From Gammaproteobacteria bacterium (lineage in GTDB: Bacteria > Pseudomonadota > Gammaproteobacteria > GCA-001735895), in assembly GCA_050298595.1 (NCBI GenBank), contig JBNKUM010000083.1:1-29893 (forward strand): a stretch of 29,893 nucleotides of DNA, given 5' to 3'. Below, piece after piece: positions 18,128 through 28,800 of the stretch. Every line of letters begins with the position of its first letter. The first letter of the stretch is position 1. Made by a program: the position numbers and the translations under genes. The notes beneath the pieces are model-generated. The model worked only from the letters and a program-made list of their open reading frames with translations. It was not told where the DNA came from and ran no database searches.

Positions 18128-18956
18128 ATACAAATACCCGATACGCGAAGTCTCGCAGCTAACCGGAGTCAACCCGGTCACCCTGCGCGCCTGGCAGCGC
18201 CGCTACGGCCTGATCAAGCCCGGTCGTACCGACAGCGGTCACCGCCTGTATAGCGATGCCGACGTCCAGCTCATTCGCCAGATCTTAAACTGGCTGGATA
18301 AAGGGGTCAGTATTGGTCAGGTAAAATCACTGTTGAATAACACGCACTCACAGCTGGATAACGATAACTGGCGAAACATCCAGCACGAGTTGCTGACGCT
18401 GGCTCAGGAATTAAAGCTCAATCAGCTGGAAGCAAAAATCGCTGAGACAGCAAAGCTTTACCCTGCAGAGCACTGGTTGCGCAATATTATTGAACCCTGG
18501 TTAAAGAAATTATCAATCCTGGCAAGACCCGACCAGGGTCTGATTGAACAGGCTGCTCGACGCTTGCTGGCCAGCAAGATTGAAAAGATGATCACCCTGC
18601 AGAGCGGACCGCGCGTTGCATTGTTACAAGTGGGCAGTATCAGCAGCCTGGACGCACAACTTGCTCGCTATGAATTACAAAGCCTGGAATGTCGCAGCTA
18701 CGACCTGGGCAATACGGATCCCACCCAGCTTGCACTGGCTGCTGATCGACTCCCGGTACAGGCCTATATCCTGCAATTGGGTAGTGGATTAACGGCTAAC
18801 TGGTTTACCCAAAAGCAGGCACGACTGCCCGAGAACTGTTTCTACTGCGGGCAACTCGGCCTGATCTATCAGGGTAACGACTGGCTTAAATTTCCGTACA
18901 CAGAATCCATCACCCAACTGGTCCGGCAACATGAAACAGCATTTAGTCTGGTTTAG
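18117..18956 (+). CDS. MerR-family regulator, LitR/CarH-like
   Basis: IREVSQLTGVNPVTLRAWQRRYGLIKP..GHRLYS; lies between and overlaps ybgA and phrB. Confidence 0.9.
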   Translation: MDSEYKYPIREVSQLTGVNPVTLRAWQRRYGLIKPGRTDSGHRLYSDADVQLIRQILNWLDKGVSIGQVKSLLNNTHSQLDNDNWRNIQHELLTLAQELKLNQLEAKIAETAKLYPAEHWLRNIIEPWLKKLSILARPDQGLIEQAARRLLASKIEKMITLQSGPRVALLQVGSISSLDAQLARYELQSLECRSYDLGNTDPTQLALAADRLPVQAYILQLGSGLTANWFTQKQARLPENCFYCGQLGLIYQGNDWLKFPYTESITQLVRQHETAFSLV

Positions 18957-20364
18957 AAACGACCTCAGGCTACACGACAACCCCGCGCTGCACCAGGCCG
19001 CGCGCGAAGGTGCATCACTGGTTGCTATTTACATCCAATGCCCTGCACAGGACCGCCTGCACGACAGGGGACAGAGACAACTGGAATTTATTGATGAGCA
19101 TGTCGTGCAACTGCAAAAGCAGTTGAACAAAGATCACATACCGCTGCATATTCTGAAATGTGACCTGTATGCTGAAATACCAGCCATACTCGAACAGTTT
19201 ATCCTTCAGCATAATATCAGCGCAGTTTATGCCAATCGAGAAACTGGTGTTAACGAGGACAGACGCGACCATCTGGTCAGAGAGAGGATTACCATCCCCT
19301 TCTATCGATTGAATGGCGACTGTATCCTGAAACCAGGCAGCGTGTTAACGCAGAGCAATGGCATGTTCCGCGTATTCACTGCATTCCGCAATGCCTGGAT
19401 CACACAGTTACAGCAACAGGGTTACACACTGGCACCATTACCAGAGCTATTCACTCATCCCCTGCTCGACCCGGTACAATCTGTCAGTTCTAGCTGGATG
19501 GTGGGTGAAAAGGCCGCGCGGAACCAGCTTGAAAAATTCTGCGAAGAAAACCTGTTAGCCTACGACGAGCACCGCGATTTTCCGGATCTTGATAGCACCA
19601 GCCACCTTTCACCGTATCTGGCTATCGGTGTAGTTTCGGCCAAACAATGCCTGCATGCGATACAGTCAACACTGGGTTACCTGCCGATAAGTCCGGGAGA
19701 AAAAGGATTTGCCTGGCTCAACGAACTGGTATGGCGGGAATTCTACCGCCACCTGATGGTCGCATATCCCGAGCTTTGTATGAACAGCTGTTTCAAAAAG
19801 GAAATGAATCAACTGCAATGGATTTCTGATGAGCATTTATTTAACAGCTGGTGCGAAGGCAAAACCGGTTACCCGATCATTGATGCCGCCATGCGCTGCC
19901 TGAATCAAAGCGGATGGATGCATAACCGCCTACGCATGATCGTCGCCAGCTTCCTGACCAAGGACCTGCAGATAGACTGGCGCCTGGGTGAACAGTACTT
20001 TATGCAGCAATTGATCGACGCCGATCTAGCCTCGAACAATGGTGGATGGCAATGGGCCGCTGGCACTGGTGCGGATGCAGCGCCATATTTTCGTATATTC
20101 AACCCGACCCTGCAGGGCGAAAAATTCGATGCCAAAGGGCGATTCATCAATCAGTGGATACCCGAACTCAAAATGGTGCCTGAAAAATATATCCATAAGC
20201 CACACCAGTGGTTTAAATCCAGCAAGCAGTCAACCGACTATCCAACACACATCGTAGACCATGCACTGGCGCGCAAACAAACGCTGCTCCGTTACCAGCA
20301 CATAAAGGTGACTTCACAAAATCTACACTGGAGAATTCGACCAGTTTTACCGGCGGTTAAATAG
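18931..20364 (+). CDS. phrB: Deoxyribodipyrimidine photolyase (class I CPD)
   Basis: WFRNDLRLHDN, TSHLSPYL, ELVWREFY, GWMHNRLRMIVASFL, NNGGWQW and PYFRIFNP motifs. Confidence 0.96.
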   Translation: MKQHLVWFRNDLRLHDNPALHQAAREGASLVAIYIQCPAQDRLHDRGQRQLEFIDEHVVQLQKQLNKDHIPLHILKCDLYAEIPAILEQFILQHNISAVYANRETGVNEDRRDHLVRERITIPFYRLNGDCILKPGSVLTQSNGMFRVFTAFRNAWITQLQQQGYTLAPLPELFTHPLLDPVQSVSSSWMVGEKAARNQLEKFCEENLLAYDEHRDFPDLDSTSHLSPYLAIGVVSAKQCLHAIQSTLGYLPISPGEKGFAWLNELVWREFYRHLMVAYPELCMNSCFKKEMNQLQWISDEHLFNSWCEGKTGYPIIDAAMRCLNQSGWMHNRLRMIVASFLTKDLQIDWRLGEQYFMQQLIDADLASNNGGWQWAAGTGADAAPYFRIFNPTLQGEKFDAKGRFINQWIPELKMVPEKYIHKPHQWFKSSKQSTDYPTHIVDHALARKQTLLRYQHIKVTSQNLHWRIRPVLPAVK

Positions 20365-20462
20365 TGCAGACCCCGAATCTGACTTAACTCTACCAGATCC
20401 CTGGGTTCTTCAAATTCAAATAATTTCATCGTTTCCTCTAAACGCACTTTGACAAAAAGCAT
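20292..20462 (-). CDS. Small ORF (56 aa, not in the track) or truncated gene, overlapping the phrB 3' end
   Basis: AGGAG about 10 nt upstream of ATG; MLFVKVRLEETMKLFEFEEPRDLVELSQIRGLHYLTAGKTGRILQCRFCEVTFMCW*. Confidence 0.35.
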   Translation of the reverse strand: MLFVKVRLEETMKLFEFEEPRDLVELSQIRGLHYLTAGKTGRILQCRFCEVTFMCW

Positions 20463-20648
20463 GCTGGGATTTCTCCTGTTTGCGGTTTAGAATATGCGAT
20501 CAAATTTGAACAGAGCTCTGGTGAATGAATGTTTGGTATGAAAAGCTACGGAAATCTGAAAGCCGAAACGGAAAATCTACTACAACGGCTTGTTGATATG
20601 GATAGACGGAAGCCGCAATAAAAATCACAATGTATTAAGGAAGTAAAT

Positions 20649-22613
20649 TTGAAGTATCGTGCCGAAATTGATGGCTTAAGAGCACTCGCTGTAATCCCAG
20701 TAATCCTTTATCACGCAGGGATTGAACTATTTAGTGGAGGCTTTGTAGGCGTAGATGTATTTTTCGTCATAAGTGGTTACCTTATTACAACAATCCTGAT
20801 TGAAGATATAGAAAACAATCGATTTAGCATAATAAACTTCTATGAACGGCGCGCGCGACGCATATTGCCAGCGTTATTTCTGGTGATGGTGGTTTGCATT
20901 CCATTTGCCTGGATGTGGATGCTCCCGGCTCAGTTGAAAGAATTCAGTGATAGTATTTTCAGCACGTCGCTAGGCTTGTCCAATCTATATTTTATGTCTC
21001 AACAAGGTTATTTTGGCCTCAATTCAGAAATCGCGCCCCTACTACATACCTGGAGCTTAGGTGTAGAAGAACAGTATTACTTCCTTTTTCCTGGGCTTCT
21101 CTATTTTATTTACAAAAGAAACCTGAACGCTATTGCAATTATTCTCACGCTCTCGGCGTTGAGCTTTGCAGTGTCAGAATGGGGTTGGCGCTTTAGGCCA
21201 GATAAAAACTACTTCTTTACGTTTTCCAGGCTCTGGGAGCTTGGAGCTGGAACGATAGTCGCCCTTGTTATAAGGAAGCAAGGGGTGAAGCATAATAACC
21301 TACTCGCACTTCTAGGATTATTCACTATCGTTTTCGCTATCTTTGTATACGATAAGAGTACACCCTTCCCAGGCGTTTATACTCTGACCCCAATTATTGG
21401 TGTTGCATTACTGGTTTTATTTGCTGATAGCGAGACCTTTGCTGCTAAATTCTTAAGTAGCAGACTATTAGTAGGTATTGGTCTGATCAGTTACTCCGCC
21501 TATTTGTGGCATCAACCTTTGTTTGCCTTTGCGAGAATTCATAGTATCAGTGCAACAAATTCAACAGTGATGATTCTGCTTTCGGTAATATCAATAATTC
21601 TCGCTTACTTCAGTTGGAAATACATTGAGAAGCCATTCAGGGACAGAACAAAGATCACTAAATCAATGACATTTTCTGCAGCCCTGGTGGGAGTCTTTAG
21701 CCTTTCGACCCTGGGAGTGGTTGGACATCTTAATAACGGATTCATAGAACGGATTCCTGACTGGAACAAAATCTCTTCTATTCCGACGGTAACTACCTCA
21801 TATTGTCACAATGCAGGTAGTCGAGATATTACTCGGCTAATGAGAGGAGATTTTTGTACCATTGGTAAAGGTGAAGTACGTTCCGCCATCATTGGTGACT
21901 CACATGCTGGAGCATTATTTGACTATGCAGACAAGTATCTTGCTGACAAAAAACAGGCAGCCTGGGCTATAAGTGGTGGTTTCTGCGCACCATTGATGAA
22001 TGGTTTTGAGGCCCGTAAAGGTTGTCGTGAATCGACAAAAATTGCATTTGAGAAAATTATTCAGAATTCAAATATTAGAGATGTCATTCTTGTCGCCGAG
22101 TGGGCGATTTATACGAAAGGTTATCGTGGAAATGATTTCCCACAGACATGGAAAGACAATCTCGGAACAGCATCTTCAGTTTCAGAAAACCCGGTGCTTT
22201 TTAAACGTTCATTAGTTACAACGATAAATCAGTTACGTCAGGCAAATAAGCGCATTTCCATCGTAATGCCAGTACCCGAATTCCATTACCGAACTTATGA
22301 ATACGTTGCACAACAAATGCTTATTGCCAATAAACATCTGGTGGATGCGGTTGCGTCTTTACCAGAAATCCCACTCGACGAGTACTTTTCTAGAAATAAA
22401 GACGTGTTCGACGTGTTCACCAATGTTGCGAATGAAGTTCAATTTGTAGACGTTACTCAATTGTTTTGCAACAAGAGCATCTGTCGAGCGCATGCGAAAG
22501 GAGGGGAACTACCTTTTTACTCAGACTTCAATCATGTGAATTATGCCGGAGCAAAGCTCATTGTTAATCATATTTTCGAGACCTTACGTAGCCGGAATAT
22601 TGTACTACATTAA
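20649..22613 (+). CDS. Acyltransferase-3 + SGNH protein (OafA/YrhL-like O-acetyltransferase)
   Basis: YRAEIDGLRALAV, GGFVGVDVFFVISGYLIT, HTWSLGVEEQYY and ISYSAYLWHQP; SGNH GDSHA and DxxH (DFNH); TTG start. Confidence 0.93.
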   Translation: MKYRAEIDGLRALAVIPVILYHAGIELFSGGFVGVDVFFVISGYLITTILIEDIENNRFSIINFYERRARRILPALFLVMVVCIPFAWMWMLPAQLKEFSDSIFSTSLGLSNLYFMSQQGYFGLNSEIAPLLHTWSLGVEEQYYFLFPGLLYFIYKRNLNAIAIILTLSALSFAVSEWGWRFRPDKNYFFTFSRLWELGAGTIVALVIRKQGVKHNNLLALLGLFTIVFAIFVYDKSTPFPGVYTLTPIIGVALLVLFADSETFAAKFLSSRLLVGIGLISYSAYLWHQPLFAFARIHSISATNSTVMILLSVISIILAYFSWKYIEKPFRDRTKITKSMTFSAALVGVFSLSTLGVVGHLNNGFIERIPDWNKISSIPTVTTSYCHNAGSRDITRLMRGDFCTIGKGEVRSAIIGDSHAGALFDYADKYLADKKQAAWAISGGFCAPLMNGFEARKGCRESTKIAFEKIIQNSNIRDVILVAEWAIYTKGYRGNDFPQTWKDNLGTASSVSENPVLFKRSLVTTINQLRQANKRISIVMPVPEFHYRTYEYVAQQMLIANKHLVDAVASLPEIPLDEYFSRNKDVFDVFTNVANEVQFVDVTQLFCNKSICRAHAKGGELPFYSDFNHVNYAGAKLIVNHIFETLRSRNIVLH

Positions 22614-22698
22614 GAATAAGCCGATAACAAACTTACGAGAAACGATAAAAGCACCGATTGAAGGAATTGGCTGAGAACCTCGTCATTTTCTATATCGC

Positions 22699-25600
22699 TC
22701 AACGTTCCGCTTGCTGTTTCCTCTCCTTAACAACATCCCAATTCGAAGACGAAAGCTGGTGAACAATTGGCAGCGGATTTGAAATAATATCCGCCAGTGT
22801 CTGGGCATCCGTCGGTTTACTGAGCAGGTATCCCTGAATTTCATCGCATTCGTATCGATTCAATAAATCCATTTGCTCCCTGTCTTCAACACCTTCAGCC
22901 ACAACCTTTAAGTCAAGCGAATGTGCCATAGAAATTATGGTTTTAACTATTTGTTCATCGTCATGATCATGGCAGATATCCTTGATAAAGGATCGATCAA
23001 TCTTCAGGTAATCGATAGGCAGATTTTTTAAATAACTAAGTGATGAATAGCCTGTACCAAAATCATCAATAGCAATGCTTATACCTCTGACATTCAGTCG
23101 TTTCAATGACTCAGATACAACTTGAATATTTTCAATCAGGGTGGATTCGGTGATTTCAATTTCAAACTGTTTTGGCGGAATATCATATTCATCTAAGGCG
23201 CTGAAAATCTTACTTACAATATCAGCCTCCATCAATTGAACCGATGAAAGATTGATCCCAATTTTATAGTCATTGAATCCCTGATCAATCAGATCTTTTA
23301 TTTGTTTACAGGCCTGCTGTATCACCCAGTCGCCTATCGGGATGATTAGCTTTCGTTGCTCGGCGAATTCAATAAACTCATAGGGACTGACCAGACCACG
23401 TTTTGGATGTTGCCAACGTAATAGAGCTTCAGCTCCAATGATAGTACCACTGTTCATATTCATTTTTGGTTGAAAAAGTAACTCCCACTGTTCCTGCTTG
23501 ATAGCTTCACGTAGTTCTTTTTCCAGGCTCAGCTGTTTATCCGAAAGCTGCTGAATCTGTGAATCAAAGAACTGATAACTCGACATATGATTTTTGCTTT
23601 TGCAGTATTTTTTAGCGGTCATCGCGTTATTCAATAATCCTTCTACACTTCTTGCATCCGTCGGATACACACTGACACCAATTTTTGTGGATACGTGTAT
23701 GCTATTCCCTTCAATTTCATAGGATGTCTTTAGCGAATCAAGCAGCCTTTTTACCACCCATGTAATCTCTTCCTGTTGCGTAATATCGCTAAGCAGTACA
23801 GCAAATTCATCTGCTCCAAAACGAGATATATCAAGGCGAGAAATACTATCCTGTTTACGGAACACGCTATTTAACTGTTGCGCAAAAAGTTGCAACAAAC
23901 GGTCACCTACATGACGGCCTAAGGAGGTATTGATCTGGCTAAACATGTCTATATCGATAACAACTACCGCCGCCAGTTGATCTTGACGATAATTTCGCTC
24001 TATGAGCTGCTGTATTCGATCACAAAATAGAATCTGGTTTGGTAGCCCGGTAAGTACATCATGACTCTGTGCATATTCAAGTTCAGAGGAAAATTTCGAA
24101 GCAATTTCTTCAAGTTCCTGAACGCGTGTTTTGAGGTGCGTTATCTCAATAGCCTTTGCACTATCACCGGTTTTGTCTGCTTGATTTTCCTGCTCATCGG
24201 TTTTCCTGGACTGCGAATCAGCTGTCCATTGTATAACCATGTTACGGCCTGACTCCTTGGCGATGTAAAGTGCTTCGTCGGCAAGGTGATTCAGCTCATC
24301 TGGTGTCTGCGGGTCATCGTTGATAGTTGCAACCCCCAGACTGGCTGTGACCCTTGGACCAGCACTAAAACGTTTAGCCGACTCATCCTTAATTTTCAAG
24401 CGTATCCGTTCAGCCAACCTCATGGATATATCAGCCGTCATGCCAGGAAGTACCAGGCAAAATTCCTCACCTCCATAGCGTCCAACCAGGTCTTCATTGC
24501 GAGTATTTGATTTAAGAATTTCAGCCAGCATTTTGATGACCAGGTCTCCGGTTGCGTGACCATAGTTATCATTAACCAGTTTAAAGTGGTCGATATCAAC
24601 CATAATGCAGGCTAATTCCTGACCTTCATTTTTAGCCTGTTCAAACCTGGCTTCAAATTGCTCGGAGAATGATCTTCGGTTTAGACAACCGGTAAGAGAA
24701 TCCCGGGTAGCGAGAAAGGATAACTCCTTATTCTGTTTCTGTACATGCAACTGGGTTTTTTGCAACCGCGTAACCATAGTTTTCAGGTCTGAATTATTTT
24801 TTTCCAGTTCAGAAATATCATCCAGAGTGACTAGTACACCTTGTAGTTTGTCATTTTCACTCATGATCGGTGAAGCATTAACCGCAAACTTGATCGTTGA
24901 ATTTTTACCTTTCCTAAACATTAAATGTGAACCCATTGTACTACTCCCTGAATCAATCACTTTTATCCACGGCAGTACATCTAGCGTAGATTCTGCAGAG
25001 ATAATTTTCCATTTCAGTTCAGACGCCTTAATACCTATCAGGTTTGAAACCTCGTATCCAATTTTTTCGCAAAAAGATTTATTCGCAAGCAGGATATGCT
25101 CATTTTCGTCCAGGATGACAACTCCTTCAGCGAGGGTGTCAAAGGCAGCATTAACACGCCCAGGTATTACAGCTGAGGGATCAAGCTGGCGAAGAATACG
25201 CAACATAAAAACCAGAAAGGCAAAAAAACCGCTTATTGAAACAAACAGAATCAACTTAAAAGTCCCCTGATCAAAAACCCCAAGTAAGGTCTCCGCCTTT
25301 AGTGGTTGGTAACGCAATTCTACATTGCCCCATAATTCACCTCGTTGCAGGATGGGTATCAAAACATGGGTTGTGGTAGAAGCCTGTTGCCTGTAATTGC
25401 CCCAGAGCTTTTCATGACCAGGGGAATAGAAGAGCAACTTGCCCGTAGCGTTTCGAATGCCAGCGGAAAGAATATCAGGATTACGTTTAACGATAAACAT
25501 AATAAGCTTCTGGATTTTTCTGATATCTTCATCGGGAATCAATACAGACATCTGAAGCGCGAGCGATTCGCTGATTTTGCTACGTGCCTCAGCCTGGATT

Positions 25601-25728
25601 TTAATTTCCTGTGGCGTAAAACCTAAAATTTCAGCGCTCAGTAATATACAGCTTGTTAATAAAACAAGCGCAATACTAATGCGCATAGCAGGAAAAATAG
25701 AGCTGAATTTTCTGGACAGTATATGCAT
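22699..25728 (-). CDS. Membrane-bound PAS-GGDEF-GGDEF-EAL c-di-GMP enzyme
   Basis: Two TMs flanking a periplasmic region of about 120 aa; PAS; GGEEF with RxxD; second domain GADEF; EAL with EALLRW, DDFGTGYSS, KIDRSF, EGVE and QGY. Confidence 0.93.
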   Translation of the reverse strand: MHILSRKFSSIFPAMRISIALVLLTSCILLSAEILGFTPQEIKIQAEARSKISESLALQMSVLIPDEDIRKIQKLIMFIVKRNPDILSAGIRNATGKLLFYSPGHEKLWGNYRQQASTTTHVLIPILQRGELWGNVELRYQPLKAETLLGVFDQGTFKLILFVSISGFFAFLVFMLRILRQLDPSAVIPGRVNAAFDTLAEGVVILDENEHILLANKSFCEKIGYEVSNLIGIKASELKWKIISAESTLDVLPWIKVIDSGSSTMGSHLMFRKGKNSTIKFAVNASPIMSENDKLQGVLVTLDDISELEKNNSDLKTMVTRLQKTQLHVQKQNKELSFLATRDSLTGCLNRRSFSEQFEARFEQAKNEGQELACIMVDIDHFKLVNDNYGHATGDLVIKMLAEILKSNTRNEDLVGRYGGEEFCLVLPGMTADISMRLAERIRLKIKDESAKRFSAGPRVTASLGVATINDDPQTPDELNHLADEALYIAKESGRNMVIQWTADSQSRKTDEQENQADKTGDSAKAIEITHLKTRVQELEEIASKFSSELEYAQSHDVLTGLPNQILFCDRIQQLIERNYRQDQLAAVVVIDIDMFSQINTSLGRHVGDRLLQLFAQQLNSVFRKQDSISRLDISRFGADEFAVLLSDITQQEEITWVVKRLLDSLKTSYEIEGNSIHVSTKIGVSVYPTDARSVEGLLNNAMTAKKYCKSKNHMSSYQFFDSQIQQLSDKQLSLEKELREAIKQEQWELLFQPKMNMNSGTIIGAEALLRWQHPKRGLVSPYEFIEFAEQRKLIIPIGDWVIQQACKQIKDLIDQGFNDYKIGINLSSVQLMEADIVSKIFSALDEYDIPPKQFEIEITESTLIENIQVVSESLKRLNVRGISIAIDDFGTGYSSLSYLKNLPIDYLKIDRSFIKDICHDHDDEQIVKTIISMAHSLDLKVVAEGVEDREQMDLLNRYECDEIQGYLLSKPTDAQTLADIISNPLPIVHQLSSSNWDVVKERKQQAER

Positions 25729-25863
25729 GCTTAATCAGATAACTAATTTATAAAATTCTTGATATTGTCTTAACTTCAAGTTTTGGTGGCCTGGTTGTCA
25801 GTTGCGAGCTATCAATGAAGAGTGCTCTTTTTTCTGGGATATTCCACATCAGGATATTAGCCA

Positions 25864-28800
25864 TCATGACCTGCCCCCCTTTTCAAACATTTTATCCACC
25901 CGGCTTTCATGTTTTATCCCGGATTGATTACCACCCTTTTCATCGACCTTCTTTTTCCTTTGCATTTTAATGATCGGTAATGGATCAAACCTGTTGACCA
26001 GTGGTAATGTTGTCATCATGCTGGCGACTAATGAACCGCCTCGCAGAATCCAGCCTAAAAAACCAGCGGTTATACCGGCAGTTGAACCTAATACTATCTG
26101 TACATCGATCTGGTCTTGCTGCTCGGCAGCCAGATCTTTGTCGATATCTTTCTGCATCTCATCAATCCTGCTCCATAATTTCTGTTCTTCTACTGCATCG
26201 ATTTGACCACTGTCACTTCCCCACTGGGCCAGGGATAGTTGATTGCTAAGCTGATCATTCAGTACCTGTATTTGCATTAAATCCGTCATGTTTTTTGCAA
26301 GTTGAACTTCATGAGAGTGAAGCTGTTGTTGTTTGGAAACATTCGCATGCCGGATATGAGATGAATGCTGAATGTCCGCTGGTTGCTCTGTATTGGCAAA
26401 GACATTTGCTCCCTCAGGGCTGTCAGCGAATGGCCGCTGCTTAGGTCCGTCATTGGATAGACTGCTGTTCGGAACCTCTTTACTGTCACTGGATTTACTG
26501 GATAAAACAGACTCCTGGTCACCCGTATTAGTCGGTGCCGCGGCAGCTATTTGATTATCGGGCTGAGTTGAAGTTGTATCCGAATTAATCTGGATTTGAT
26601 CAACTAAAGGTTGCTGTCCAATATTCAAATCGAGTGTCGAGACTGGTTGCTGAACCTTAACCGTTACAATACCCGTTTCGATCTCACCGGCCGCAGTTTG
26701 CACATTATAGTTAAAGGTATCGCTGCCAATAAAATCCTGACTGGGTGTATAGGTAACAGAGCCATTATCTGAGAAAACAACCTGACCGTGCATGGGTTGA
26801 GTAATACTATCGATCCTGCTTACTGATCCAGAATTATCGTTGACTAACACATTGAATGTGGCAGACGTACCCACTTGTATTGTCAATGTATCATTCTTCA
26901 CATCGCTAACCGGGTTAACAGTTACCGAAGCAATACCATTACCCTGTCCCCCATTACCATCATCAACGCTATAACTGATCAGATCATCCCCGTTAAAGTC
27001 AGCATCAGGAAAATAGTTAATCGTACTGTCAGGGTTAATACTGACTTTCCCATGCACCGCTGAAACCGTAGAGATAGACAGAGTATTGCTGTCTACGTCA
27101 CTGACGTTGCTAAGAATATCGAGATTCTGCAAAGGAATATCTTCATCAGTGGTAAAACTGCTGTTAACAGTCACCGGAGCATCATTAAGCGGCAGAATAT
27201 CCAGAGTGACGCTATTGCTGGTGATTGCCTGGCCATCCGTGATGTTATAGACAAAACTCACCGAAGTATCATCGTTCACGCCTGGCGTGTAAGTCCAACT
27301 GCCATCCCCATTATCGATCAGACTACCTGCCCCGCTACTGATAGTGAGACCTGTTGCGGTCAATACATCCAGATCCTCATCATTGGCACTGCTTAGTAAT
27401 TGTGCCTGAGTAATGATCAGGGGAGCACTATCTTCATTGACAGGGGTCAGGTTGATCGGTGACGCAACCGGTGCTTCGTTGACATTGGTCACACTAACCG
27501 AGATCAACTGGACCGCTGTGCCACCCTGACCATCGTCGGCTGTGACCTGTACCTGGTAGATGCCATCGCTGTTGGCATCGGTCGGGTTCTCGAAGTCGGG
27601 AGCGCTGTTAAAGCTCAACACCCCGCCACTGCTGATGCTGAACAGTGCACTGTCTGCACCGCCGGTAATGCTGTAACTGAGCGGATCGCCATCCACATCG
27701 GTGGCCGTGACGGTCGTTACTGCGGTCTGGTTTTCGGCAGCCTTGACACTCGCACTGCTGGTGATCTGTGGCGCGTCATTAACATTCGCGACACTGATGG
27801 TGAAGCTCTGGCTGGTAGTGAGGACCCCATCGCTCACTTCGATCACGACATTATGATTACCCACTTCGGCATTGCCCGGCGTGCCGCTGAGGAGCGCGGT
27901 ACCATCTCCGTTATCGGTGAGCACGAGCCAGGCTGGCAGTGTAGTGGCACTGATGCTCAGTGTATCACCATCGACATCACTGCTGCTGAGGGTGTAGCTA
28001 TAGGCACTGTCCTGGGTGGCGCTGGTGATCGCGCTACTGGTGATCTGTGGGGCGTCATTAACATTCGCGACATTGATGCTGAAGCTCTGGCTGGTTGTGA
28101 GGGCTCCATCGCTCACTTCGATCACCACATTATGGTTACCCACTTCGGCATTGCCCGGGGTACCACTGAGCAGAGCGGTACCATCTCCGTTATCGGTGAG
28201 CACGAGCCAGGCTGGCAGTGTGGTGGCGCTGATGCTCAGTGCATCGCCATCGATATCGCTGCTGCTGAGGGTGTAGCTATAGGCACTGTCCTGGGTGGCG
28301 CTGGTGATCGCGCTGCTGGTGATCTGGGGGGCGTCATTAACGTTAGCCACATTGATGGTGAAGCTCTGGCTGGTCGTGAGGACCCCATCGCTCACCTCGA
28401 TCACGACATTATGATTACCCACTTCAGCATTGCCCGGGGTGCCACTGAGGAGCGCGGTGCCATCTCCGTTATCGGTTAACGTGAGCCAGGCTGGCAGCGT
28501 GGTGGCACTGATGCTCAGTGCATCACCATCGACATCGCTACTGCTGAGGGTGTAGCTGTAAGCTGTGTCCTGGGTGGCACTGGTGATCGCGCTGCTATTG
28601 ATCGTGGGCGCTTCGTTGAGGTTGTTGATCGTGATGCTGAAGCTCTGGTCGTGGCTCAGACCACCGGCATCGGTGCTGCGGACCGTAACCTGATAGAAGG
28701 CCTGGGTTTCATAGTCGAGCAGGCCATCGCTCAGGATCAGTTCGTTGCTGGATGCGCCACCAATGCTGAACACAGCGGCGTCGGCACCACCAACGATGCT

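Noticed and set aside
24061-26554. Short ORFs overlapping the c-di-GMP gene and the adhesin tail
   Set aside because: Shadows of well-supported genes.
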